Notes under the pieces: generated by a model
What the model saw: only the letters and a program-made list of their open reading frames with translations
Told to the model about the DNA's origin: nothing
Databases searched by the model: none
Shown here: in pieces, positions 25,498 through 38,243 of the stretch
Position numbering within the stretch: the first letter of the stretch is position 1
Layout: every line of letters begins with the position of its first letter
From: Eledone cirrhosa
Lineage: Eukaryota
NCBI GenBank assembly: GCA_964016885.1
Contig: OZ024742.1
Span: forward strand, 232,314,001-232,378,000
Length of the DNA stretch: 64,000 nucleotides
Direction: 5' to 3'
Made by a program: the position numbers and the translations under genes

Positions 25498-27649
25498 GCG
25501 GTTGTCTCCCTTGTTTTGATTGGGATCTAGACGGGAAGTGGAACCCTTTCTGCAACTTCCGGTCAGAGCCCTATAAAACTAACAACTTTAAGCTTCCTTT
25601 CTCTCTTTGCCTTTTCGGCACCAGGTCAAGAGTCTTCTCATTTGGCTCTGCCATTAATTTGGCCAACAGGCGCCTGGCCTTAGCCAGGCGCCCTCTGCCA
25701 GCCGCGTTTGCCTGGCAATCAAAACGGTAACTACTAACTTTGTTTTATTCTAACATCTATCTTTGACATGTCAAGTATTCTATCTACCGTTAATTAAATA
25801 TTATATACACAAACATTGTCTCGTTTTGTTACATTCATACACCCAGTATCCTCGCTATATTGGTGACCCCGACGTGATACGAACACGCAGCCGTTCATCG
25901 CTATAAGGGTCACCCCCCAAAAAAAGAAAAAAATAGCACATCTGGTTTTGTGAGTAACATTACGAATACACAGCAAATTTAGCGACAAACTATGAAAATA
26001 CTCAAGGACACGCACACACGCACATGTGGAATTCGCACAGACATACTTTTTCTCTCACGCATCAATTAACTGTCGCATTTCACCAATATATATATATATG
26101 TTTCTCGTTTCTTACAACGAACACTTTCAAAACAAAAAAAAACATTTCACGATATATATATATATGTTTCTCGTTTCTTACAACGAACACTTTCAAAACA
26201 AAAAAAAACATTTCACGATATATATATATGTTTCTCATTTCTTACAACGAACTCTTTCAAAACACACACAAAAAAAAAAGAAATTTGATATTCTTTAAAA
26301 AACATTTCAACAGGAACATTTATTTTCGATGAACCATTGCCTTTTGTTCATCGTTTTCTTCATCGTTCAAGTTTTTTGTTTTTTTCCAAAGTTCACACCT
26401 ATAATTATGCTGATTGAAGCCTTTCTTTTTCATCATTGTCACTTTCAAAATTGCACTATCATTTTCTCGCGCGTTAGAAATATTTTTTTTCAACCTTGTA
26501 TTGGCACGTGTAGGCAGCATAAATTCTCGATTCACTGAGATGTCTCTACTCACAGACAGCCGCACGCCAGAGATAGCATTTCTCCCCCAAGGATTCTTCA
26601 GCCTTAAGCTATATTCTTCTATTTGCCGGTTTATAAATTTACAATGTAAATTTACCGTTGATAACCGCGCATTTATTAAGAATGCTTATTTTTCTGGTCG
26701 CTGGCCTCTTGACCCTTCCAGGTCAACGCATTCTCAACATCGACCATCAACTTCGGCTGCTATTTCTAGCACTTTGCGCAACTCATTTTTTCTAAAAAAA
26801 AAATTTTTTACTGTGAATTTAAACACCGAATACGCTCACTCAGCGAGACAACAGCAGCAGCAACAGCAATACATCAATACAGCTTCACCAAAGCCAGAGA
26901 ATTCATTTTTGCAGCACTCTTCCTGTGAGAAAATCCATTCGGAGGTTGGAAATTTCACGATATACCACAGAACAGAAACCACCTGCATTCATTCTCTGGA
27001 ACACACTTTCTTTCCTGCTGTCATGTGATTGCACACCTGTGAACTATATTTTGAACTTTGAGCTCTTCTATTACTTTTACTTTATTACATTGTATCTTTG
27101 GGTGATGGATAGATGGATGTCCAGTCGTTCTCTGGCCAAGAGCGGTTGGCTACCTTGATATCTATCATTGATTTTTCCAGACATTCTTTTGTCGTAATTT
27201 TCATGCCTGTTACAACATTCTCGCCAACTTGCTACATATTTTCATTTCGATTTTTATACACTAAAATTCTGGCGGGAGGTTATGTAGCGGTTGTCTCCCT
27301 TGTTTTGATTGGGATCTAGACGGGAAGTGGAACCCTTTCTGCAACTTCCGGTCAGAGCCCTATAAAACTAACAACTTTAAGCTTCCTTTCTCTCTTTGCC
27401 TTTTCGGCACCAGGTCAAGAGTCTTCTCATTTGGCTCTGCCATTAATTTGGCCAACAGGCGCCTGGCCTTAGCCAGGCGCCCTCTGCTAGCCGCGTTTGC
27501 CTGGCAATCAAAACGGTAACTACTAACCTTGTTTAATTCTAACACTCTATCTTTGACATGTCAAGTATTCTATCTACCGTTAATTAAATATTATATACAC
27601 AAACATTGTCTCGTTTTGTTACATTCATACACCCAGTATCCTCGCTATA
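25494..27649 (+). mobile_element. Young non-autonomous LTR retroelement (366/367-bp LTRs)
   Basis: LTRs at 25494-25859 and 27283-27649 differ at about 4 positions; PBS TGGTGACCCCGACGTGAT is complementary to the tRNA-Trp 3' end; PPT GGCGGGAGG; inserted in (TA)n; internal 60-bp repeat x3 at 26085-26270. Confidence 0.93.
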
Positions 27650-28583
27650 ATATATATATGCAGCATTAATTTGATACTCTGTTCAATAGATTACCTTTTT
27701 CATTGTCAATCGACCACCAAGAAGCTTACCTCTGTGGCCTCATAGATAAGTTTACATTGTGAATGGGTTTTCAAGTTGCCAATATGTCTGAGATTTTGAC
27801 ATATCAAAAGACCATCTGTTTGTTCTCAGGTCTGGGAGACAAGGGAAGGGCTATTAATAAAGACCCTGCTCCTAGAGTCAAGCATGACAGTTGCAGTTGA
27901 TTTCTAGCAGTTGAGATGTAGTCCACCACTTTAGACAGACCCTGTGGTTCCTTCTCTTTCTCAGTCTCTCTCGGCGAAGCCAGCAAAATTAATTCCGTCA
28001 ACAGAAGTTTGGTAAATACATTCTTATTTATACCTTTGCAAGCAAACTCACATACACATCATCCTGATACATAATATCACACAGTTCATCTGTGTTGTTC
28101 TTCCTGTATTGTCATATAACTTCGACGAAAGTTATATCTAATAAATTAGTCACATAGTGGTTTTGTGTTATTGTGGTTCATATATTTCATTTTCTACGAT
28201 ATTAAGGTAAATCACTAACCCAAGGAACCATCACATCATCATCATAAACACTTACTCACATACTTGCACATCCGCAATCTCTGGTCATACTGTATCAGGC
28301 ACATCAATCTTTTCTCACCTACACTCTACACAACAGCGACCACACAACTGAGCAATACAAAAGTGAGTACATACACAACAACCGAATCAACATCACAACA
28401 CAACCATTCAGCCAAGCATCCGACCCGCCATATATACATATCGTCAGTGAGATTTACTCCTAAGGTGGATAAAAATCCAGAAACGCTAGTGTCTAGCGTT
28501 CTTACACAGCTATTGAGATAGTTGTGATATGATCACTTAAAACATTCATAGCGAGACTTATATATGTTTATTATAGATGAATA

Positions 28584-28745
28584 GGCGGCAAATTGGTAGA
28601 ATCGTTAGAACGTCGGATAGAATGCTTTGTAGTGTTCGTTCCGGCTCTCTGCTCCCTGAGTTCAAATCTCGCCGAGGTCAACTTTGCCTTTCATCCTTTC
28701 GAGGTCGATAAAAAAAAAAGTACCAGTCTAGTGCTGGGGTCGATT
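28584..28745 (+). mobile_element. tRNA-derived SINE (second subfamily)
   Basis: TGGTAGAATCGTTAG A box, GAGTTCAAATC B box, CTTTCATCCTTTCGAGGTCGATAAA core. Confidence 0.8.
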
Positions 28746-29592
28746 CTTCCTCTATATCTCTTTCTCAGTTCTTCTCTCCCACTTTCTATCTTTCTCTGGT
28801 AGAAATCTGCTGTACCCAGGCCTGGAGAGGGATGAGCTCCGCCAGGCTTAAAGTGCCCAAGAAACGCCGTATGTCAATACTGCGCCCCTATTACTGTATC
28901 AGGAGTTATGGGATCATACATACATTATACATAAACATATCGTATATGCCATCATAGACACTTCTATTACTAACCACTATATAGTTCTGGCTGTAAAATG
29001 AAACTGAGGATATTTAGCAGATAAAAATATTCTTTAGAATATTAGCAGAAAAGTCTTTAATATAGTTGTTAGGTGAGTGACTTATTGGCAAGTGAGTAAG
29101 TGAAGTTGATCTCAGTGAGTTGAGAGAAGTTATGCCATCTTTAAGGAAACAAAAACTGTATTCACTTATTGTGGTGTGAAGTGATATTACCGTAGGGAAA
29201 ATGATTTTCCGATATCACGTCGGGAGTAGCTACTTTAGCAGTTAAAGAAGTTATTTTGCAGATGAGATATTTAGTAGATTGAAAGATCATCTCAGAAGAA
29301 ATATGTTAAAGATGTATGAAGATTCAATGGTCGCAGAAATTATCAGAAGGCTGTTAAAACATTTTATAAAGGGTTTATTTTCTTCCGTAAAATATTACAA
29401 TAAAATGCTGCTGGCATGCCGCATGATTAAGTTGAACAAAAATGAAGTGTTGGTTATTGTGTAGGAAGAAAGTAGTAGGGCCCTTGCCGAGAGAGCCAAA
29501 GTTTCTTGTTTAGTGCTACATCTTGCTAGTATCGACCGGGAATGTAATTAGTTAGGTCTTCTCTCCTCGAAATGAAAGCAACAACTGTTTAG

Positions 29593-30689
29593 AAGGGGGA
29601 AAAAGCGCGAATTTGTTTGCTGGGCGGAAAAAGGTACCTGGTATTTCTACACCGATGACTTAGAGGACCGGCGACTTACCAAACTCAAGCCAATTGTTCT
29701 GCCGCGGTAAGTAGAGCCTTTGCTTACCACAGATAACCACATTTTTTCTGTAGCGCAACACGACAAACATTTTTGTTTTGTTTTGTTTTAGATAATTTAA
29801 ATCCATGACAAGGTTTACTTTAAAATTTCAAACTGCAGTAAGTTTGACACGTGTGTAACAATTATTTACAAGAGAAGAACTTAAATGTGAGGAAAATCAG
29901 AAGGCTAAAAATATAAGGATAATGCAAGATTACTGTCTAGAAAAATGAATATACACAATAATTACAATTAAAATAATGTAATGTGGTGCATGTATTTATT
30001 TTGTGTGAGTATTAATGAATGCTTAGCTAAAGGATAAATACTTTGTGAACGCATTATCAGGGGTGGTACTACCAAAAACACACATCTATTTGTATATGCG
30101 CTACAATTTATGTACATATGTTTATCACATATCGAAGTTTTTTTTATATCTTGGTTGACAGTTGATAATATATTATGTTAACCTTCATAGTAATTTCTTT
30201 TGTCATGTCATAACTTTTTCTCCCCATACACTATTTGCCAATTGTTAGTATGTGTATTCAGAGACATATCATAGGTCCTTTTGCTATAGTTTTTATAATT
30301 ATTGAAAGCTGTAAATGTAATATGACCTGTTTGAACTCAAATTGCATTTTCTGATAATTTTATAGTGCAAAAAGTTAAACTAATCACTACAACTAAATTG
30401 ACCAAATTTTCCCCCAACCCATCCAATTCAGAAATGCTTCCATCGCTCCTGATAATACTCTAATTTCTAAAGTACACGCACAAATTGGTATCTCGAAGAG
30501 ACGTCATAGTGAGAGAAGTTATTGGTTTGAATATCCAACATAGCATTCGAATTTGACTGATAGAGACACAAAAAGAATTTGGGAGATTCTTCGAAGATTT
30601 GACAAATTTATCGGGTTTTATAACATGCTCCCACGTGACCGAAAAGTTCTAGAACATTCTAAGATTATAAAGTTGAACATAAAATTTTG
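29593..30689 (+). pseudogene. Candidate two-exon fragment of an unknown spliced gene, with one in-frame TAG
   Basis: Exons 29593-29706 (donor CG|GTAAGT) and 30432-30689 (acceptor TTCAG|, donor TG|GTAAGT) are phase-compatible and splice into one frame with a single stop at 30541. Confidence 0.35.
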
Positions 30690-30766
30690 GTAAGTCGATA
30701 AGTCATTTTGTACCCAACGAAAGGATAAACATATATCATTCATAGAGATAGGAAGATAACCAGATA

Positions 30767-30833
<67 letters not shown>

Positions 30834-31289
30834 TAGAGAGAGAGAGAGAGAGGGGTGGGGTGGGTTCAACGAATAAGTTCTCTTTCTTAGTGTGTCTAAA
30901 AGTGACACGAGTCTATTCAGATGATAGATGATAAACAACAGCAGTAACAACTTTGATACACTGATAAGGCGGTTCTTTGTCTCAGAACTAGAGAACGCAA
31001 AGTATAACTAAAGTAGAGAAGCTTCAAGTCTTGTAAAACAATATTTGTACTGATGGTACACAATACAATACAATGCCTCTTTCTTTTACACTCCACTCGG
31101 TTAACAACATCACCTGATCGCCTTCAAAGGAGTTCGCACTATTTTGAACATTCGGTTTAGGTCAGTAGTACTCCAACTGTTTCTCCTTGCGGGGCAGTGC
31201 ACTTTATACCTAAATTCGGAAATTTATTCAGAAGAGGTATTTATACATATTAGCATAGCATTAAGTATAAATATATATAATTAAAACAA

Positions 31290-31490
31290 ACCTGGCAACC
31301 TCTAAAAACCCCAAACGGGGGGTACCATGAAAAACGTGCCCCAAAACGGGGTGAAATGAGGCAAAATGGGAAGATTTTAAACAATGAAAGCTATATCCAT
31401 TTTCACAAGAGAATCACAAGAGAAGACATCTCTCACCCATCCCAAAGTGGATGGGAGATCTCCCCGTCGGACGGGGAGAGTTGACAGGTC
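31290..31490. mobile_element. MITE-like dispersed repeat
   Basis: Ends ACCTGGCAAC / GTTGACAGGT; inverted homolog at about 40595-40740. Confidence 0.55.
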
Positions 31491-31634
31491 TGATTAAAAA
31501 TACAGAAAAAGCATTTGTACTTTCTTCTTCGGTTAATAAATGGAGCCAAGTTATTAATGAGAAACATACAGTAGCATCTAGTGTATGCTTCTCATTAATG
31601 ACTAATGACATCTAGTGAATAGATGTTTTTGTAA

Positions 31635-32153
31635 TCTATATATATATAAAAGTGAGATGTTTATTGGCTGGTTGGCTGAATCACACGAAAACTACACATA
31701 CACACACAAATACATACACACACATCTAAAGCTAGAGAAAAACACAGAGGGAGAGGCAGAAAGAGAGAGATAGGCCGTTATACAGAGGGAGATACAATAA
31801 AAGTGTTAGTTATTCACAGAGAGAGTAACGTCCCACGAAAGTCTAGAGACGGCTTAAACTATAAATTCTTTGATCTATAGGAAGGTTTAACAATATTATG
31901 TTAGCTTTTATAAAGTCACTTTACAGTCTTTGATTTTACAGAACAAAGAAAAATTGTTACTATTCGAAATGAATCTACACTCTAGCTTTTATACATAAAC
32001 TACTTACAGACAGTACTAACGAAGCTAAACACTTCAGAAGCAATGTTATGCGGTATATTGCTGCGTTTGGTAAGTCGATAAGTCATTTTGTACCCAACGA
32101 AAGGATAAACATATATCATTCATAGAGATAGGAAGATAACCAGATAGATATAT

Positions 32154-32238
<85 letters not shown>

Positions 32239-32746
32239 TGGGTTCAACGAATAAGTTCTCTTTCTTAGTGTGTCTAAAAGTGACACGAGTCTATTCAGAT
32301 GATAGATGATAAACAACAGCAGTAACAACTTTGATACACTGATAAGGCGGTTCTTTGTCTCAGAACTATCTTTTATCCATAAACTACTTACAGACATAAA
32401 CTACTAACGAAGCTAAACACTTCAAAAGCAATGCTATGCGGTATATTGCTGCGTATAAGATGACGTCCTTTGGAGCTGAAATGGATCATACTGACTATGG
32501 TTAATTCACATTTAAAATCCAAGGCCAATGCTACCATTTAATCAGCAGTTTACTGCCCCAGCCTAATAAGGAAGTTTTATGATTGTTTTTTTTTTTATGT
32601 CTCTCTCACACACACTCACACACACACACACACACACACATTACGGTCTCACCTCATACTGTAAACCAGACAACACATCGAATACAGTCTCTTTTATCCG
32701 TCTTCTCTTAACTATTCTCCCGGGCGAAGCCGGGTACCCCAGTTAG
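31635..32746 (+). mobile_element. Non-autonomous Helitron carrying a copied neighbouring segment
   Basis: A|TCTATATATATATAAAAGTGAG start; CCCGGGCGAAGCCGGG hairpin then TTAG|T end. Confidence 0.8.
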
Positions 32747-33908
32747 TGTTTTCTAGTTTAGTTTTTTCCCTCTTTGACATATGAACTTTATAACGAATTT
32801 CAATTAGTATTTTCCACATTTTGAAATAAAATTTTGCTTTTTCGCCGCAAATCTAATTACATTCTGCAGCGCATCAATGTGCTGGGCCACACAGTTTGAG
32901 AACCACAAGCTTAAGTCTTAGATTTAAGGAAAACAGACTTTCGACTCACTATTTTTCGGATTGCAACTTTCCTTGAGTAGTGGCCACTAACAACTAAAAT
33001 CACTAGCTTAGCTGAAGTAGAGGGGGCGTGGGTTGGTCCGCCCCGGGCGATACCTTTATGGGGGCGACACTTTAAGAGAGTCACTGAACAATATGTTGTA
33101 ATCTTTGTGGGAGGCAGATGGAGGGGAGAAAGGAGAATCTTAAGTGGCATACACTCTAACTTCTCTTCTGACTTAAAAGCTTCCGGACAGAGCTACCGTT
33201 AAATAGTACATGAGGCAACCTTATCAGCTGGTGCATAATGCTGTTATTCGTCATCCCTAGTCTTTAATAGATAATCCTGGTTAGCATGATAGGGATTTCG
33301 AGAGGCCACTCTATCTTTAGCTGGCTTACTCACAGAGATTAGCATTCTTATGTTGTTAACCAAAAAAAAATTCAGCACTGAGCAAACCTATGATCAAAGG
33401 CAATCTAACCATGATCATCTTTTTTTCTTTGTTTTTTTTTTAAAGACATAATGTATCTAGGTCTAAATTGTCCAATGTGTCCTTACTTTTCCAAGCCAGT
33501 ATGGAGTAATTTAAAGATTTCAATAATATCTCTAGCAGATCGAACGATTGTTTAAAAGCTTTAGCTCGCAGAGATTGGCGTAGTTACACGGCTTCTCCAA
33601 ATACGTTTGGCCATTCTCAAATCAAAACTTTGAGCCAGTCATTGCCGTTTCTGTCAGCATCGGGTGGTTTGATCATTGCCTAATAAAAATAATATACCTC
33701 GACCTCATAATCTCTTCCCAGCAAAAACTATTTCGCGAATAGGTGCTAACTGGTCGAATATATGCCTATTCTATACAGACTACTTTTGGTAACAGATGTA
33801 ACTCTCTTCTAGCCTATCTGAAACTAAGGTAATCAAAACTATGACATTCCTCTACAACTCCCACGCAATCAAACCCAACAATCCATAAACTGTCTAATGT
33901 ATGTATGT

Positions 33909-34503
33909 TATCTCTTTCTCTTAATTTCGAGTATATTTATTTTGACCGGCCACCTTCCTGGTGGCAAGGTTGTAAAAGAAAGGAAATTGTCATCCCTTGA
34001 ATTGCAAGAATGTTTTGCAAATTTTGAAGGTGCCAGCTATCGCAGCCATTTGTAGACTATGAATTAGGGAGCTGCGCTCTTTGTCCGCAAATCCAAGTTC
34101 AGTCATACTTTGGTCCAAACGGGTTGGTATATAACCCGTAGCTCCAATAATGATGGGTATGAAACTAAAGGTGTATCTTGGATACTGAATTTGCAAACTC
34201 TTCATCAATGGTCCGTAGATGTCCTCCTTCTCCTGTATTTTTTTGACAACGTTTACATCAAGTGGGCAGCTGATCTCCACAACAGAACACGTTTTCAATG
34301 TGTGGTCCCAAACAACAATAACAGGCCGGTTGTGCTTTAATTTGGTGGCAGTTTTTATTTTCAGGTTCTACCAGTATTCCTTAGTGCCATCTGTCTCAAT
34401 ATATTCTTCCTCGTTTGTTGTTAATTTTGTTTTCCGAAGTGCGTTCCAGATGGTTCTAGCTATCCCATCGTGTCTCATGGGGAGGTAGTAGCGTGATGAC
34501 ATT
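33909..34503 (-). mobile_element. R4/Dong-like RLE non-LTR retrotransposon, family A, 5' truncated copy 1
   Basis: RHD motif, KHNRP(D)IVVWD...VVEISCP.D.N..K..EK..Y..L restriction-like endonuclease; short 3' UTR then (CATA)n tail; (CATA)n at 5' junction. Confidence 0.88.
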
Positions 34504-34521
34504 GTATGTATGTATGTATGT

Positions 34522-35288
34522 AATCTCTTTCTCTTAATTTCGAGTATATTTATTTTGACCGGCCACCTTCCTGGTGGCAAGGTTGTAAAGGAAAAAAAAT
34601 TGTCATCCCTTGAATCGCAAGAATGTTTTGCAAATTTTGAAGGTGCCAGCTATCGCAGTCATTTGTAGACTATGAATTAGAGAGCTGCGCTTTTTGTCCG
34701 CAAATCCAAGTTCAGTCATACTTTGGTCCAAGCGGGTTGGTATATAAGCCGTAGCTCCAATAATGATGGGTATGAAGCTAAAGGTGTATCTTGGATAATG
34801 GATTTGTAAACTCCTCATCAATGGTCCGTAGATGTCCTCCTTCTCCTGTATTTTTCTGACAACGTTTACATCAAGTGGGCAGCTGATCTCCACAACAGAA
34901 CACGTTTTCAATGTGTGGTCCCAAACAACAATATCAGGCCGGTTGAGCTTTAATTTGGTGGCAGTTTTTATTTTCAGGTTCCACCAGTATTCCTTAGTGC
35001 CATCTGTCTCAATATATTCTTCCTCGTTTGTTGTTAATTTTGTTTTCCCAAGTGCGTTCCAGATGGTTCTAGCTATCCCATCGTGTCTCATGAGGAAGTA
35101 GTAGCGAGATGACATTCTTTCGCAGCTGGCAACAATGTGGCTTACATCGTCGATCTTTGTTTAACATAGCCTACATTTATTGTCAGCTGCTGTCCCTCCC
35201 CTTTTGTGCAGCAGATATTTGGTAGGGAGTTCTTGTTCCTGTATTGCATAGAGATATCCCTCAAGGTGTGATGTCATAAACTTGTCGG
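34522..35288 (-). mobile_element. R4/Dong-like family A copy 2
   Basis: ORF 34603-35115 (RPDIVVWD..E.SCP) plus upstream EGYLYAIQEQELPTKY and a CCHC knuckle (CRLC...IDDVSHIVASC); microsatellite on both sides. Confidence 0.9.
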
Positions 35289-35360
35289 TATGTATGTATG
35301 TATGTATGTATGTATGTATGTATGTATGTATGTATGTATGTATGTATGTATGTATGTATG

Positions 35361-35579
35361 TTCTTCTGGTTTTATAATTTCACAAATTTTTTCCCAATAG
35401 AGAGAGAGTCGGTTTCGAACATAAACACAAGATATTGGAATTTACACATCAACTCCTTAGTGCCATCTGTCTCAATATATTCTTCCTCGTTTGTTGTTAA
35501 TTTTGTTTTCCGAAGTGCGTTCCAGATGGTTCTAGCTATCCCATCGTGTCTCATGGGGAGGTAGTAGCGAGATGACATT
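35361..35579 (-). mobile_element. Chimeric insertion: family A internal piece fused to the family B 3' UTR
   Basis: 35455-35579 matches A (MSSRYY...GTKE); 35361-35454 matches the B 3' end at 35657-35750. Confidence 0.8.
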
Positions 35580-35656
35580 GTATGTATGTATGTATGTATG
35601 TATGTATGTATGTATGTATGTATGTATGTATGTATGTATGTATGTATGTATGTATG

Positions 35657-37439
35657 TTCTTCTGGGTTTATAATTTCACAAATTTTTTACCAATAGAGAG
35701 AGGGTCGGTTTCTAACATAGACACAAGACATTGGAATTTACACATCAACTCGGTAGATATGTATGCACGCATGTGTAGATATGGATGTTATTGTATGTGT
35801 GGATGTGTATGTTTTGAGTTGTATGTGGGCATGTGTATATGCTTTGTATCGTACATGTGTATATGCAGTTATTAGATGCAACATTTTTGGAATGCTTTAC
35901 ATATTTTTACTGTTCCATTAATGGATTGTACTGGTAATGTCCTAACTAGTTGTGTTCTTTCTGTTCCTGTGAAGCCTAGCTTCTCAAGATTTGTATTGAG
36001 GCAGTTACTAACATACCCCAGTGCCCCAAATAATCACAGGCATAAATCTGAAGGTGAAATCAGGGTGGAGTATCTGCAGATATCTCATTAGTTCTGCATA
36101 AATATTCTCATTTTCGATAATCTTTGATATTATGCTGGGCAGCTTACTTCCACTGCTGTGCATGGCTTCTTTTCCCCGTCCCATATCATTATATCTGTTC
36201 TGTTATGCCTGCATTTTATTGGGGTTTTTACTGGAACATTCCACCAGTATTCTTTCATATTATGTACATGGATGTCTTCCACATTGCTGTAGCTTTTAAT
36301 GTGTTTATTATCGGGCTATCTTTTTTACGAACTGCATTGTACAGTGTTTTGGCCACTACATAGGTAGATAGTACCGCGATGACATCTTTGGACAGCTGCT
36401 GATGACATGGGTGATATCCTCGATGTTAGTTCTGCAGAATCTGCACTTGTTATCACATCTAGGTGTTTTGCCTGCATCCCTATCTCTTTTGTGAATCAGG
36501 TATTTCGTGTTAATCTCCTTTTCTTGGATTGCAAAAGCGTATCCTTCAAAGTGGGAGCCAATATAACGGTTGTTGGTCCAAGATAGACTACTTTCCTTAT
36601 CTATATTACTCTCACTCTGGAGCTTCCTGGCAACATATCCATGCATGATTTTTTACTGATAAGCATGCAGTTTTTCATCCATGGATTCACTGCGATACTG
36701 CTGAGCGACTTCCCTGGGTGTGAGTTTTTGATTATCACACAGGGAATATCTCTCGAGGAGTTCCTTCCCAACTCTCATGAGCTTATCTGTTTCATGCAGA
36801 TAGACTTGCTCGAGAAACGGGCTCCTACGCTTCGAGGTTCGTAGATGTTGTCGGAGGGATATGATGCGACATCCAAATGCTGTCTGGACTGATGTTAGGC
36901 CTCTGCTTCCCTGCTTACGTTTCAAGTAAAGGCGGTCTATGTCACTGTTGATGTGGAGGTTTCCTGTGTTGTTTAGTATTTTTCGAGTTCCAACATCAAC
37001 TGCTCGGATTTCGTCTATCGTCCAATTGAGTATTCCAAACGTTGGTGTTAGGACAGGCACAGCAAACACATTGTGAGCCACTGTTTTGTTTTGCGCAGAG
37101 AGTTCCGATGACCAGATCTTTCTTAATCGGGTGTAGTATTCCCTGGTTACGCGTTCTTTATTACAAATACCATTATAGGATATGTTCTCATCTATCCCCA
37201 GGTATCTGTAGCAGTCCTCATCAGATATCGGTGAAACAGTTAGGCCATTGATGACAATGTTGCTAGATTGGGTTGTTGTTTTTCCCCGCTTTACAGCCAT
37301 GTATGAGCATTTATCTTGGCCAAACTCCATTCCTATATCATTTGAGAACGTTGTAACCAGGTCAAGATTTTTCTTCATCCCATCCATGTTCTTGGCATAG
37401 AGTTTCAGATCGTCCACAAAGAAATTATGGGTTAGGTTC
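35657..37439 (-). mobile_element. R4/Dong-like family B, 5' truncated (RT end, thumb, CCHC, RLE)
   Basis: LTHNFFVDDLKLY, YRYLGI, DIDRLYL.RK.G.RGL, HGY, CRFC...EDITHVISSC, EYWWN...HNR.DIMIWD...VEVSCP; distinct 3' UTR plus (CATA)n tail. Confidence 0.92.
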
Positions 37440-37526
37440 GTATGTATGTATGTATGTATGTATGTATGTATGTATGTATGTATGTATGTATGTATGTATG
37501 TATGTATGTATGTATGTATGTATGTA

Positions 37527-37825
37527 CATGGGAGTGAAGGACCCTTAGCTTTTGTCAAGGCATTCTTCTAGGAGAAGGCAACTCAGGAAACTGGGATAAC
37601 TCCGATATAAAACCTGCGGCCCAGTAGTTACCGATGATGTTGATCTTTTCTTTTTTTCGGGTTGTAGCTACTGTCGCCCAGAGAGTGGAATTGGCTCAGT
37701 GCACAGTATTTCCTCACTTTAAAAAATATCTTTACGCACAGGCATTGCACGATAGAATTAATTAATAATTATTAATAAAGGTGTATCGTGCAATGGCCAT
37801 ACTCGATAACGAGGGGGCAGCCATC
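37527..37825 (+). mobile_element. Non-autonomous (TATG)n-inserted element, variant N2 (5' truncated)
   Basis: Highly similar to 38480-38771; (TATG)n flanks. Confidence 0.8.
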
Positions 37826-37858
<33 letters not shown>

Positions 37859-37898
37859 TGTATGTATGTATGTATGTATGTATGTATGTATGCATGCA

Positions 37899-37948
<50 letters not shown>

Positions 37949-37951
<3 letters not shown>

Positions 37952-38232
37952 CTCTTAATTTCGAGTACATTTTTGACCGACCACCTTCCTGGTGGCAAAG
38001 AAATTGTCATCCCTTGAATTGCAAGAATGTTTTACAAATGTTGAAGGTGTCAGCTATCGCAGCCATCTGTAGGGAATTAGGGAGCTGCGCTCTTTGTCCA
38101 CAAATCCAATTTCAGTCATACTTTGGTCCAAGCGGGTTGGTATATAACCTGTAGCTCCAATAACGATGGGTATGAAGCTGAAGGTGTATCTTGGATACTG
38201 GATCTGCAAACTCCTTAGAAATGCTCCGTAGA
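37949..38232 (-). mobile_element. R4/Dong-like family A copy 3 (short 3' fragment)
   Basis: IYGAFLRSLQIQYPRYTFSFIPIVIGATGYIPTRLDQSM plus the family A 3' UTR. Confidence 0.88.
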
Positions 38233-38243
38233 TGTATGTATGT

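Noticed and set aside
26414-27028. 204-aa ORF inside the non-autonomous LTR element
   Set aside because: Non-ATG start and no recognisable gag/pol motifs.
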